Positions 1-12,395 of a stretch of 64,000 bases of DNA are shown here, one piece after another. The stretch lies in contig NC_079167.1 in the NCBI RefSeq assembly GCF_947568905.1, forward strand, positions 38,502,001 through 38,566,000, in the 5' to 3' direction. Made by a program: the position numbers and the translations under genes. The notes under the pieces are model-generated. The model worked only from the letters and a program-made list of their open reading frames with translations. It was not told where the DNA came from and did no database searches. Position 1 is the stretch's first letter. The number at the start of each line of letters is the position of its first letter. Origin of the DNA: Ostrea edulis (taxonomy: Eukaryota).

Positions 1-190
1 AATTCCCCCTGGTGACCGATTAAACCCGTAGTGAGTTCTATATCTTGATCAGGCAAACGGAGTAATCCGTATTCAAAATCAGAATGAAAAGAACGGTGTA
101 ACAATTATGACAACCATAAAATTCGCAAACTGCTAACTTTAAAGGAGAGTGTTGAACCCTCTGTAACATCGTAACTGAAGGTATGAATGA
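1..190 (-). mobile_element. Penelope-like element 3' terminal fragment (degenerate)
   Basis: gtgagttctatatcttgatcaggcaaacggagtaatccgta (31-71) is the reverse complement of the segment that follows the RT fragment at ~60430-60465 (tacggataactccgtt..cctgat(c/t)aagatatag). Confidence 0.5.
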
Positions 191-328
191 TCTAGAGGGT
201 CGTGGGACATGCCCCTTTCATATCTTCTTTACAAATCAGCAAATTTGTGCATTCTGAAGCTTCTCTATAAAAATATTTTTGTTTTCAAATATTTTCAGAT
301 GAAATGACAAGCAAAAATGACATAATTT

Positions 329-650
329 CAGGGCCGTAAATTACATGGAGGCGGAGGAGGCAGCTGCCTCCTCCAACTTTTGAGCCAAAAAAAATTAAAA
401 TTTAAAGTTCATTAGAATTTATGTTGTTTCCAATAACTAAGAACATGATACCTCCCTTAAAAAGCATTCCAAATCTTTCTTTTAGAATGAGTTAGTCAAG
501 TAACATCTTAGAAGGCCCTAGAATCAAGGATTTTGCACGAAACGTGTTCAGTGTGCACAAAATGTGCTCAGAGTCTGGGGGCCTGGGCGGCCCACAGACC
601 CCCGCCTAATTTCCTGCCTCCTCCAAATTGAAGGTTAATTTACGGCCCTG
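329..650. mobile_element. MITE with hAT-like termini
   Basis: Terminal inverted repeats CAGGGCCGTAAATT (329) / AATTTACGGCCCTG (650) and internal GGAGGAGGCAG/CTGCCTCCTCC inverted motifs. No clean 8-bp TSD, so the superfamily is tentative. Confidence 0.6.
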
Positions 651-1048
651 AATTTACATTTATAAAAACTTTGTATACCTATTAAAGCATGAAAAACAAA
701 ACTTAATTCTAAAGTATTTTACATATATGAACATTCAGTAGGACAAAATATGAAAAAATGTCTAAAACGTAAGGTAAGTTCATTGTAAGTCACATTGCTT
801 TGAATTCTGGAGAAGCCCTGAAAATGTTTATATAGAGTCTCCCGGGGTCTCTGAAAGAAAGGGCCGACGTGTATTCAAACTCTGTTTATATCAAGTTATT
901 ATATCCGATATAATTCATAACTTCATGTATATACAGCTTGGTATATTAAATTATGAATGCATATCAAACTATGCTCTGTCAACAAAAGGAGTGTGTACCC
1001 CTTAAATTCCCCACTGATATTTGTCAGTTACCTGTCTCGGTTTAGATA

Positions 1049-1300
1049 TTGATCATACGCACAACATGCTCACGCGTATCGAATCAGTTGGGATATATAA
1101 ACATCGTATTCATCGTAGATAGCTGCTATTTCAATAGAGATGGAACACTGAAATTTTCATATCTTGTGATCAGTCATACACAAATTACTTTCTTAAACAT
1201 CTCTGAAATTGATATTAAAATCATGCTGGAGTTCCTCGTTGACAATATCTGCGTGACCTTTGGTGACCAAGTCTTCCAATAATCTATTGGAATTCCCATC
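1049..1300 (+). pseudogene. Penelope-like retroelement reverse transcriptase fragment (region leading into motif B')
   Basis: Translation DSCYFNRDGTLKFSYLVISH...SEIDIKIMLEFLVDNICVTFGDQVFQ*SIGIP resembles the PLE RT pattern MLEFLIDNIFVxFGxxVFQQxVGIPMG. In-frame stop at 1280-1282. Confidence 0.7.
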
Positions 1301-1608
1301 AAATTATGTTTCTTTACTAGATTACCCATTTTTATATTTTTATGAAGCAGAATTTACTTTTCAAAGGAAAACATCCCTCTCGGAGGTCTTCCAAATAATA
1401 AAGACAATAATCAATACGATAATTTAGCCCCACCTTGAAAACAAAACCCCACCCCTGGGAATATGGAATTTACAGTTTTGGTATTTGATTACAAGATATG
1501 AACAATTCTGAGTTATAACTTATTAAAACAGCTGTCTATGATGTAAGAAAGCCTAGTTTTTAATTCATCGAGATGAATGGTTGTGTAGAGTGTTCAAAAG
1601 TCACACGT

Positions 1609-1640
1609 TTGATCACTGTTCGTTATCTTCACCTTTCATG
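1609..1640 (+). repeat. Penelope-like pseudo-LTR terminal fragment
   Basis: ttgatcactgttcgttatcttcacctttcatg matches the end of the terminal repeat at 47801-47936 and 60561-60722. Confidence 0.6.
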
Positions 1641-2916
1641 CTTTTGATTTTGGGAGCAGTTTTGTGATTTCAAATTTACTAAAACGTTCTTAGGAATTTT
1701 TGAGAATGAACATTTGATTTACACCACGTATGGAATATGTTGTAGCACATCGAATATGTTGTGGCATAGTACAAAATATTGCATATAATCAGATTTTGAC
1801 ATTTAACACCCATAACAAATGCTGATCTCGATAAAATGAATTTGTAATTTAGAAAAAAAATAATCATTATACATTTAGTTTCTAGAATTGATCTCATGGG
1901 TCTAACATTTCCATAGAATATGACGGTACACACTGGAAATTGACAGATCATTCAGAACAAATCATGGTCACAAAAGAAAGTCATTCCAATTGCTGTCTTA
2001 GAAAACCATAGGGGAATTTGAAAAGAATACTAATTTTCACCATCAACCAAGGTACGTCAATAATCATCAATTGCGTCAAGACATACTCATATACCTTGGT
2101 CATACTCAAATTCAATTTGATTAAATGCTTGAGATTTAGAGTTTTTCCAACACAGAACTTTACAAATACTTTGTGTCCTATCATCCAAATATGAATAATT
2201 GGATCAACCTCAACACATATACCTTTGATCCTAGTCAAACTCTGGGTATGGATATGAGCCTCTACATTTGCTCTGTTACAAAGGCATGCCTTGCAAGAAG
2301 AGTTGTACGTTTTCTATCTCACTTTATAAAGAGAGAAAAGGTATACCAGGAAAGCCTGGATGCTATTTTGCTTGTGGATACCATGGGATCGTTAAATTTG
2401 GGACTAAACTTTTGTGGGTACCTCGAAAACGAAATACAAAATTTATATAATGCTTTAATGTAGGGAAACCATATCCATGAAATTAAATCCCAACGAAACT
2501 ATAAAATCTTGACAATGAACGAAAAGTGGCTCTCATGAATTTAAATGATTCCACAGTATAGCCCCAAGTTCGAAATTCATAAGAAAATGCGACCGAGAAC
2601 AGAATGCAATACTATGATATCATTAGATTCCATGGGCGATTCAATTTTTGTGGATTTCGAATTTCAAACCACAACGAAATACGGCATTTATATTCTGTGT
2701 CAATGTACATATATCATATCCATGAAATTACATTATAAAGAAACTGGAAAATATGGTAATCCACAAACATTGGCCCCCGTGGATTTAGACTACTCAAAGT
2801 ATTCTACATTGATAAAATCAAGTTTTTGGTTGTTGTAATTTTAAAATGATTATGGAAGACGAAGTGTTAACTCTGTCCCCATATCTATGAATTTGTCCCC
2901 TATAGACTTTGTGGAA

Positions 2917-3127
2917 CTATGATTTGACGAAAAGAGAGAAACGTTTCCATGTTTGGTACAAACCTGTTACGTTGAGTGGTTGCGTTACATTGTATAAACC
3001 GTTAGAAAACATCTGGTCTGGTTTCCTGGTAACTGCTGCTTTGTTTCCAAGGAGTGGGTTTGTTGACAACGGGGCATTTGTTCTGGACATTTTAATAATG
3101 ACGTCCTCGCTGTGTTTTCCCTTTCGC
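2917..3127 (-). CDS. EGF receptor last coding exon (cytoplasmic tail)
   Basis: Acceptor ttttattgaag|G at 3127 in phase 2. Reads RRKGKHSEDVIIKMSRTNAPLSTNPLLGNKAAVTRKPDQMFSNGLYNVTQPLNVTGLYQTWKRFSLFVKS* with TAG at 2919-2917. An internal ACAG|GTTTGT donor could lead to further exons. Confidence 0.75.
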
Positions 3128-6100
3128 CTTCAATAAAATAAAAAATAACTTTATTATCAACTGATTATGACAGTTATATTAATCATGGCAATGACAATGT
3201 AATTGTCATATTGTAACCAATTTTGCAAGGATTTTACTATCTATGTCTTTTTTGCCTAAAAGAGTATTTGACATGTCAAAGTTGGATATTTTTAAATATA
3301 TGTCAACGTTTAGCATAAAAGATTTCTCCTAAAGTAAATTACATATTTTACCTTACATAGCAAGAGCAGATGACACAGATAACGAGAAGTGTGATGAATC
3401 CAATTACGGACATGGTTACTATGATCATCATCTGCATACTTCTCTGAGTAAGAGCTGAGCTACAAATCGGTGGCCGATACCCTACTTTGCATCCATTGTG
3501 ACAGTGTCCATTCCTACGACAGGAAAAAGCATCATGACAATTTAAACTACAGTTTTTGTCACACAATTCTCCAAACTTCCCCGGAATGCAATCCACACAG
3601 AGTCCAGTTGTCTTGTTACAGATGGAGTCTTTGCAGTTTTGAAGACAGGATTCCGAGCAATTTTCTCCGTACTTTCCTGGAACACAAATTTGGCAGCCAC
3701 CATTGTGTCTGTGACAAATTTCACAAAACTTGGGACATCTAAAGTCACACAAGTCTTTATAATAGCCTTTGGCACACTCGATACACCTACTAGAATCGTC
3801 GCATCCGAGTTCACCACATGGACCATTACAATCACATTTCTCTCCAAACCAACCTTTCGTGCATTGTAAGCAGCTTCCTTTGTTTCTTTCACATTTCATA
3901 TTATCGCAATTTTTTGGACAGCCATCCAAGCACTTCTTGCCATAATATCCACGTAAACAATTTCGACAAGTACCATCTTCCGAGCAATTATTTTCATCGC
4001 AATATCCAGTACAGGCACACGTGACACCAAACCAGCCTTCCTTGCAGGCTATACATTTTCCACTCTTACGATCACATCCATTTGCACAATTTTGGGGACA
4101 TTTATCTTTACATAAAGTGCCATACCAACCGATGGCGCAGTCGTCACAAATACCTGAATCATTGCATTTACTTTCATAGCAATTACCTTTGCACTGACAC
4201 GTATTACCATACCAGTCCTTTTTACAAGATATACATGAGGCATTTCTTAAACAAAAACTATCTTTGCAATTTTGAGGACAATGTTCCAAACAGTTTGCAC
4301 CAGAAAAACCAGTACCACAGGCGTAACAAATTCCGGTAGTGTTACAGCCTCCCGAACTACATTGTCCTGTGCATGTACATTCATTTCCAAAAAATCCTTC
4401 TTGGCATTTGTGGCAGAATCCAGTAGTTCGGTTACACCCCGAGCTATGACAATTCAGTGGACATTTCTGTAAACATTTAGTACCATAATATCCGGGTTTA
4501 CAAGTAAAACAAGTTCCATCAACATCACATCCAGCTTCTGAGCAATGTCCAGAACATGAGCAAGTTTCACCAAACCACATAGACTTGCATTTTAAACATT
4601 TTCCACTCTTACGATCACATCCATTTGCACAATTTTGGGGACATTTATCTTTACATAAAGTGCCATACCAACCGATGGCGCAGTCGTCACAAATACCTGA
4701 ATCATTGCATTTACTTTCATAGCAATTACCTTTGCACTGACACGTATTACCATACCAGTCCTTTTTACAAGATATACATGAGGCATTTCTTAAACAAAAA
4801 CTATCTTTGCAATTTTGAGGACAATGTTCCAAACAGTTTGCACCAGAAAAACCAGTACCACAGGCGTAACAAATTCCGGTAGTGTTACAGCCTCCCGAAC
4901 TACATTGTCCTGTGCATGTACATTCATTTCCAAAAAACCCTTCTTGGCATTTGTGGCAGAATCCAGTAGTTCGGTTACACCCCGAGCTATGACAATTCAG
5001 TGGACATTTCTGTAAACATTTAGTACCATAATATCCGGGTTTACAAGTAAAACAAGTTCCATCAACATCACATCCAGCTTTTGAGCAATGTCCAGAACAT
5101 GAGCAAGTTTCACCAAACCACATAGACTTGCATTTTAAACATTTTCCAGACGTGCGATCGCAGCCGTTTTCGCAATGTTCTGGGCAACTTGTATTGCAAT
5201 ATGATCCGTGCCACCCAACCATACAACTATTGCAAATGCTATTTATGTCACATAGACCGTTCATACAATATCCATAACATTCACATTTCTCCCCATGCCA
5301 TCCAAGTTCACAGGCATTGCATAACCCATTTCGAGTACAGACAGATTTTTCACAATGATCTGGACAAACCTCTATACAATGGTCTCCAAAATACCCATCA
5401 GCACAGGCAATACAACGACCTTTGTTGTCGCAACCATTATCCCCACAGAGACCAGTACACATACATCTACCTCCATAGAAACCATTTTGGCATTCAGTGC
5501 ATAATCCGGAATCCCGCATACACCCTTTGGAATTACAATTCTCCGGGCAAGGAGATCTGCAGTCACTACCAAACCACCCTGGCTTGCATGTTTCACATGT
5601 TTTATCTGATTTGCATATATCAGAGTTGCAGTGCCCAATGCACTCACAGGTGGAACCTGACCAGCTAGGTTTACAAGAAGTGCAGTGACCAGTTTGTCTG
5701 TTGCAGGAAACCTCAGCACAATTTTGGGGGCACCTTTTGTCACATCGCTCTCCGTACAAATTGGCTTCACACTCGTTACACCTTCCTACCTTATCACAAC
5801 CACTTTTTCCACACTGCCCCGTGCAAGAACATTTCGATCCAAACCAGCCCTTCTTACACTGAACACAATCTCCAGTTGAACGGTTGCACCCTAGATAATT
5901 ACAATTGGCAGAGCATTTTTGAGTACATTTCCCTCCAAAATATCCACTCGCACATTCCTTACAAGTTCCGGTATTGTAGTCACACTCTGTTGCCCCACAC
6001 ATCCCAGTACATAAACATTGATCTCCGTATCTTCCTGCTACACATTTTGAACATGTTCCAGTTATTCTATCACAAATATCACCATCGCAGTACTTTGAAC

Positions 6101-9100
6101 ATCTTCTCTTACAATAATATCCATATAAACCTTCTGGACAGGATTCACATGTCCCAGTATCTCTTTTGCATGATCCCGAGCAACTTTGGGGGCAATGTGA
6201 CGAACAATCTTCCCCATGATATCCAATTTTACAATCAATACAGCTGAAAGAAAAAGTAACATATTAAGGATCCCGTAAATATTCTTAGAGAACAAAATAG
6301 TGTATCCATTAAAGTCACTTTAAAAGTCATACATGAGACCATTTTCATCATAGGGTACCAGGTATATTTTGCCAAAATAAAATTACTAAAATATCCCACT
6401 ATAAATTCTGAACAAGAGTCCCACAAGTCTTATCGGTCACCTGAGAATTAATTGAAAGTATAACTAGTCCCAAAAGCTAAAAAAAAATCTATAATTTTCG
6501 AAGCTAAAATGTAACATTTTGCAGCAGTACATGTTTAAAGCAAGATGTGTTCTTAAAACACAAATGCCCCGAAATTGTCCATAGTGATGAAAGACTTTAC
6601 ATGATATATGTTATATCAACACTATATGACTATTTGGAACCGCCCTAGAGTCAGAACCCTTGGGTTGCAACATTCACAACTTCGGTACATCTCTTTCTGC
6701 TTTACCTAGATATGCATTCACTTTTTACACAGTATCAGAATTTTTTTTTTTTAAAAAGTCTTTAAAATGACAAAATCAATAATCACTCACCGTCGCAAAC
6801 CACGATTTATTGTTTCCATTCTATTCCACAAATACGGAATGTAAAGGACACAATAACACGTGGCTTGCGATGATGATCATCACCATAATTTTGGTCCCAA
6901 ACTGGAACAAAAAACCCTTCTCCTGTGATCATGAATTTTACAATTTTTGTAAAGGACTACCTTCTTCTAAGTATCAATTTAGTTTCAATTTAGTATCGAT
7001 AATATTAGAGATGTTATTTAGATTTTTTTTACGCAATAAACACTATATGCCAAGTTTGACCCTGCCCTGGTGTCTTTTTGGCAGTTTTTGCCCCAGCCCG
7101 AAGGCCCTGGGGGTTCATGAGTTCTGGAATTTACAATTTATGTCCCCTTTGTCCCAAAAATGCTTCATACTAAATTTGTAAAAACTAAATGGAATAGTAA
7201 TTATCAAGAAAAAGTTTAAAATGTTCAATTGTTAACGCAAGACGGACAACGTACGACGACGGTACAGTTTGCGTCACTTTGGCAACTCTTATATACAAAT
7301 TAGTGATGGCTTAGGACGATTCATTTCTAATACATAAATATCTGCCTGATTAAAAAAACTATCTTCTCAGAATGTTGCGAGCGAATATCCTAGTACCAAA
7401 ACATTAGTTATAAGATAATAATGGTAGCAGAAGGGGACTCAGAAAAAATTCACAGTACGTGTATTTCCTCTGCCGTGTGTGGGTATATACTCAATTTGTT
7501 TGATTGTTCGAGTCATTGCGTATAACAACTGGCCGCTATGCAATGCAATGATATTGTAATTGCATCAATATCCTGGTACGTAGCAATGGAGGGGGAGGGG
7601 CACTTCGTTTCACATGCGTACTTTTTCCTTTATTATCACACACAACGCTTGTCATTTTTACATGTAAACATCAATTTATTAGCTGCTCACTTTCTATAGT
7701 AGTATTAAATAGTAGTGAAAATGCAAGGTTGAACCGATAAAGTGAACCCCTGTAGTGAGTATATTGATGAATACCCCTCCCCCATTTTGGGGTTTGGGTA
7801 GAACTAATTTTCTTACTAAGAATTTTCAGAAAAATATGAACGGGACAACTTTTATCTTTGTTTGCCCCTCCCCCTTCCAAAGAAAAGGACGTTTACTGCC
7901 TGAACGCATTATATCTGATACATTTAGTGTGCTTATTTACTGAAAAGTTGCCCAAGTTAACGCAGAAAGCAAGATATCGTTGGTCATACTAAATGTCAAA
8001 ACTGTGACGGAATCGGAGACAAAATAATAGTTCCTATATTCCCTATTGACTTAATATTTAGTAAATCTTTCAGTGAGACTTAAGTGTCGCTTTATTTTCT
8101 TGCTTAGTTTATAATTAAACGATACACTGCCTAGAATTTTTCAATAGGCGGTGAAGAAAGGTTTCTTAGATGCTACTATTAAAACTAAAGAAGTTTTTAT
8201 ACAGATATATATCACAAACCTCCCATTGTTTGAACAATTGCCCTCGTAGCAGTAACCAGTACACGAGCAATTCTTTCCAGATCGTTCTGGAATACACTCC
8301 AAGCAATCTCCTGTTTTGATGTTGCATGCTGAATCTTTGCAATTCTTTGAGCATCTTTTATCACACGTATTTCCATAAAAACCAACTCCACAGTCTATAC
8401 AAGTCCCTGTTTCTCTGTTGCAAATACTGTTCAGACAGTTGTTTGGACAAGGATCGGTACACTTTGAGCCAAACCACCCCTGATCACACTTGGTGCAAAT
8501 ACCAGATTTCAGATCGCAACCATGATCACTGCAGTGACCACTGCAGACGCACTGTCTCTCCTCCACGTACCACCCTGGACTACATCTCTTGCAGGTATTG
8601 TCATACCGATTACATCCAGAACCATCACAGTTCTGTGGACACCTGCTAGTACAGTCATCACCGTGGTAACCATTCTCACATTCATGACAAAGACCCGTTG
8701 AAGCTTCACAGCCACCATCTCCGCACATTCCTGTACAATGGCATTGCTTTCCATACCAGTCTGGCTGGCATCTATAGCAGTGTCCTGTGGTTCTATTGCA
8801 ACCACCGTCACAGTTCTTTGGACATTCAATATTACAATCGTCGCCGTATTGTCCATGGGCACATTTAACACATATTCCATTGGTATTACATTGGTTCTTT
8901 TCCAAACACTTGCCTTTGCATTGACAGCGGTCTCCTGTCCAGCCATCTGTGCAGGTGAAACAGGTTCCCGTTTCTTTTGAACAGTTTTGAAACAAACAGT
9001 TTTTAGGACATCTATTTTCACAAAAAGAACCATAATAACTTGATAAACACGCATGACAAACACCACTGACTTTGTTGCAACGCCCAGCATCACACCCTTC

Positions 9101-12092
9101 TGCACATTTTCTATCGCAGTGTTGTCCGAAATATCCAGATCTGCAGCTTACACAGAACCCACTTAATCTATCGCACACTCCCCCAACACAATTCATGGAA
9201 CAGTTTAAGGTACACAACGAACCGTAAAATCCATCTTTACAACTTATACAGAGGCCATTTACGTCACATCCATCGTCGTCCGCACTTCCAGAGGTCAAAC
9301 AGTATCCTTTGCAGGAACATTTTTCTCCAAACCAACCATCCGCACAGCGAATACATTTTCCGGTTTGCCTCGCACACCCCACGTTACTGTTGCAGTTGGT
9401 TGGGCATTTGGTAAGGCATTGTTCGCCATAGAAACCTTTTTTACAATTGTTACATTTCTTACTTTCGCTGTTACATCCGGTTTCATCACACATATAATCT
9501 TTGCTGTCACAATTGCAATTACTTCCATACCAACCTGGCGTGCATCCATTTTCGCAAGTTCCTGTGATATTATTGCAATGCCGAATGTGTTTTCGATAAT
9601 AGGAATCATAGCTAGATACGCAGTTATTTCCGCATTCTTCTTCGCAGGTTTCGCCTATCCATCCCGGTTCACACCCAAGTGAACATTTGCCATTGTTTGG
9701 GTCACAAGGTCGGACTTTTTTGATAAAGTTTTCCTCACATCCGATGCTACACTGCTTATCGCACTTATCGCCGTAATATCCTCTTCCTACATCACATCCT
9801 GACAAACACACGCCCGTCACTCGGTTACAATGTTTTCCAAATTGTCCCTCCTTGTTACCGTATACACACCCTCTGCCGCAATCCAGGTTGCAAGTTTCTC
9901 CATATGTTCCGGCCTCGCAAAAATAACACCTACCAGTCTGCTTGTCGCAGTATTTGGCGGCGGTTCCAGCAATGGTGTGTAAGAGGCAATGTCTGTTGCA
10001 TTCTTCGTTACATTGGTCGCCATACCAACCCCCTATACACGTGCGACAAACACCGGTAGACGAATCACAGTCTTCGCATAGGATCGAGCATGCGGTTTCT
10101 GGAGAGAAAAAAAACTTAAAATAGAATTTTAAGTAGATATTATTTTCATGAATTAAACAAGAACTGGAAGTCTTGTATTGTGAGTATCTCTCACATACAA
10201 ATATATTATTGTAGCACCATCTTTGTGGCAATATCTAAGCAATCTGCATGCAGTTAAAGTTATAAACCTTAGACAACTGTGTAACAAAAACAAATCTAAA
10301 AAATTTACTATCAAAATATTGAGATCACATATAAAATCTCTCTCGACCTATACATGAACCCACAATCCATGATAGACTTCGAGTCGCTGAAAGCGATCTT
10401 AAAATAAAATTTATTGAGTTTTAAATAGATATCATATTAATTCCACTACAATTTTTTGCATTTCACGTGAACCAAGTTTTCAAAACAGCGCTTTTCATAC
10501 ATAAAACAATATTGATAAACACTACTTTCGCACTAATGAACAAGGTTGCAACATTTCCTGAACGCTATATTGGGTGACATTAATGTATTTGATCTGTGAA
10601 TAATTAATAAGGACCTGCATGTTGTGTGAATTTATATGTCCCATTCTCAAATTTCCTTGTAAATGAAAAAAACGGAAGGAAGGGAGGGTTAATGAAAATA
10701 GTGAAGGAAAGGCGTATATTTTCATACGTCCTGTATTCAATTAGCACATGTTGTCAAATTTGAGTGAATCTCCCAAGTCCCTCGATTTAAGGAAGCGTGA
10801 ACACAAATTATATACAAAAATGTTGTGAAGAGACAAATGTGGTTTTTGATATTAAAAATATAGCTATGTGTGTGTAACTGAAACAAACACGTCCAATAAC
10901 ATTGTATCAGTACAGAGATCGAATCCATGACTCATCGTATGACATTGTAGATTGTTTCGCTGATAAAAAAAAAAAGAGATTACAGTTTATATTTACATTG
11001 AATTTGTATGTAATAAATTCTATGGTTTAAATACATGCAGCTGTAGTTGTTTCTAACATTTCAAACTTCCTTGAAAATCTTTTTAATTCAATTTCTTTTC
11101 TCATTTATTACAAGTTTCGTGCATAAGTATGCCTTTACACCTGTTCGTTAAATTCCACTGTGGTATCGCGTTCCATATAGCGAAATTTCATACAGATGTG
11201 GTTTTTATTTGAGAATGACCACGCGAAGGTAAAAACGTGCCAGCCACATTTTACACCCTGGGATTACAAGGATGTCTTTATTTCGAGGGTTTGATATATA
11301 GGTCTCTTGGTGGAGTCGGCATGAATCAGTGTTTATCAAGAGCATTCCAAAAGACTTACACTTTTATGATTTTAAAAGACACACCTAGATTTAATATACA
11401 TGCATATAATTCCTATCGCCTATTAAACGTCAGCAATCTGTACATTCTTATGAAGTTGGGCGATATCAAAATCTTCCAAATCAAATAATGTTTCACTGTG
11501 TCCAATATCTTATAGTATGTTCAATTAAATTTTCTGTGACCACTGTATACAAATGTATCTAAAGGGGGGAAAAACACAAAAAATTTGGCGATCTTTGAAA
11601 AGAAAACTTGGTAACTTGGACCGTTTTGGGTATTACCGTATATAATATGGTTCGTCACATTTACGTTAATGGTTTATTTAAATTCCTCACGCAATTTAAA
11701 CATACACGCTTCGTTTAATTTTATCAATGGGTTATTTGTTCTTCAGTGACAACCATAGTGGTCTAAAAGATTTTATTTACAATGAAAAGAAGAGGTATAA
11801 TGATTTTCTCAAGTGTCATCATGATGTATCTTTAGGGCATGGTACACGGTAAATACGATAATCAGCTGATTACAGTTTCCGGTAAGATCGATTGTTATTC
11901 TATGGTGCCACCTCTGGATAACCGCCCGATGATGACCCCTTCCCCGGTGAATACCAGCAGCCACCAATGTATTCACTTGACACAAGTTCAAACACAGTAC
12001 AATGCACTAAACCAAAACAAGAGCTAAAATATGAGATGTGATCGTCAGCTCCATGTATACATACATTATACATGTAATGTACATACATGTAC

Positions 12093-12145
<53 letters not shown>

Positions 12146-12225
12146 TCTATGGGGGGATACATACCACATCCTCCCAGGCATGTCGCCAGAATGAGAGTAA
12201 CTATAAGGCAAGGGCCCGAATCCAT
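2917..12225 (-). CDS. Multiple EGF-like-domain type I membrane receptor (MEGF10/11, SCARF, Draper/CED-1-like class), ~1680 aa; exons 12225-12165, 10098-8220, 6243-3352, 3127-2917
   Basis: Hand-spliced model with GT-AG introns in phases 1, 2, 2; 5043 nt = 1680 codons + stop. Signal-like MDSGPCLIVTLILATCLGGC, 49 six-Cys repeats, TM MMIIVTMSVIGFITLLVICVICSCY, stop-transfer RRRKGK. Orthology to MEGF10 is not established, and the structure between 10099 and 12164 is the least certain part. Confidence 0.85.
3352..6243 (-). CDS. EGF receptor exon 3 (2892 nt; repeats 19-49 plus TM helix)
   Basis: Acceptor tttttctttcag|C at 6243, donor AG|GTAAAA at 3352/3351, phase 2 to phase 2. Open throughout and extends the supplied ORF 3348..6002 upstream in frame. 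Confidence 0.92.
4053..5148. repeat. Near-perfect 543-bp (181-codon) tandem duplication inside exon 3
   Basis: ACATTTTCCA recurs at 4053, 4596 and 5139 (period 543). Shadow ORFs are also duplicated with a 543 offset (4049/4592, 4082/4625). Only two differences spotted by eye (aaatcc/aaaccc; cttctgag/cttttgag). Confidence 0.95.
6409..7265. mobile_element. Degenerate pearl/HINE-like fragments in EGF-gene intron 2
   Basis: acaagagtcccacaag..tcacctgag, caagatgtgtt..aaacacaaatgccc and gacggacaacg..gacgacgg motifs typical of Helentron-associated non-autonomous elements. Heavily decayed. Confidence 0.4.
6788..6875. mobile_element. Degenerate copy of the 85-bp hairpin element found at 25159-25243
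   Basis: cgtcgcaaaccacgatttattgtttcc...cacaataacacgtggcttgcgatgatg. Same arms with mismatches, no clean TSD. Confidence 0.7.
8220..10098 (-). CDS. EGF receptor exon 2 (1879 nt; repeats 1-19)
   Basis: Acceptor ttttttctctccag|AA at 10098 (phase 1), donor GGGAG|GTTTGT at 8220/8219 (phase 2), which joins exon 3 as ..NNGS-CIDCKIG. Confidence 0.9.
12097..12142. repeat. (GA)n microsatellite
   Basis: Direct inspection; lies in intron 1 of the EGF gene. Confidence 0.95.
12165..12225 (-). CDS. Putative first coding exon (signal peptide) of the EGF receptor
   Basis: ATG GAT TCG... encodes MDSGPCLIVTLILATCLGGC, then G|GTATGT (phase 1), compatible with the phase-1 acceptor at 10098. An out-of-frame upstream ATG (~12257) opens a short uORF. 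Confidence 0.6.
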
Positions 12226-12395
12226 CTGTCGTCGATGTAACAGTTCCACGCAGCCATTTATGATTCAGTCTCAGAAATTGATTGTATTTTTGTGATCATT
12301 AATGATGAGAATTTTTTCCCTGTTGTAACTAGGGATATCCGTTCGACTGTAATACTTGGTACGCGTTCAAAGTCCCCTTCCTCTCTCACATGGGC

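Noticed and set aside
1950-2460. Short ORFs with a few Cys (CYKGMPCKKSC...)
   Set aside because: No recognisable domain or consistent splice structure.
3470-9682. Numerous overlapping short ORFs on both strands within the EGF exons
   Set aside because: Shadow frames of Cys-rich coding sequence; they duplicate with the 543-bp repeat.
10099-10231. N-terminal extension of the supplied ORF 8141..10231 (PQRWCYNNIFVCER...)
   Set aside because: It runs through a clear polypyrimidine tract and acceptor at 10099 and starts at a non-ATG codon. A small extra exon cannot be excluded but lacks a good donor.
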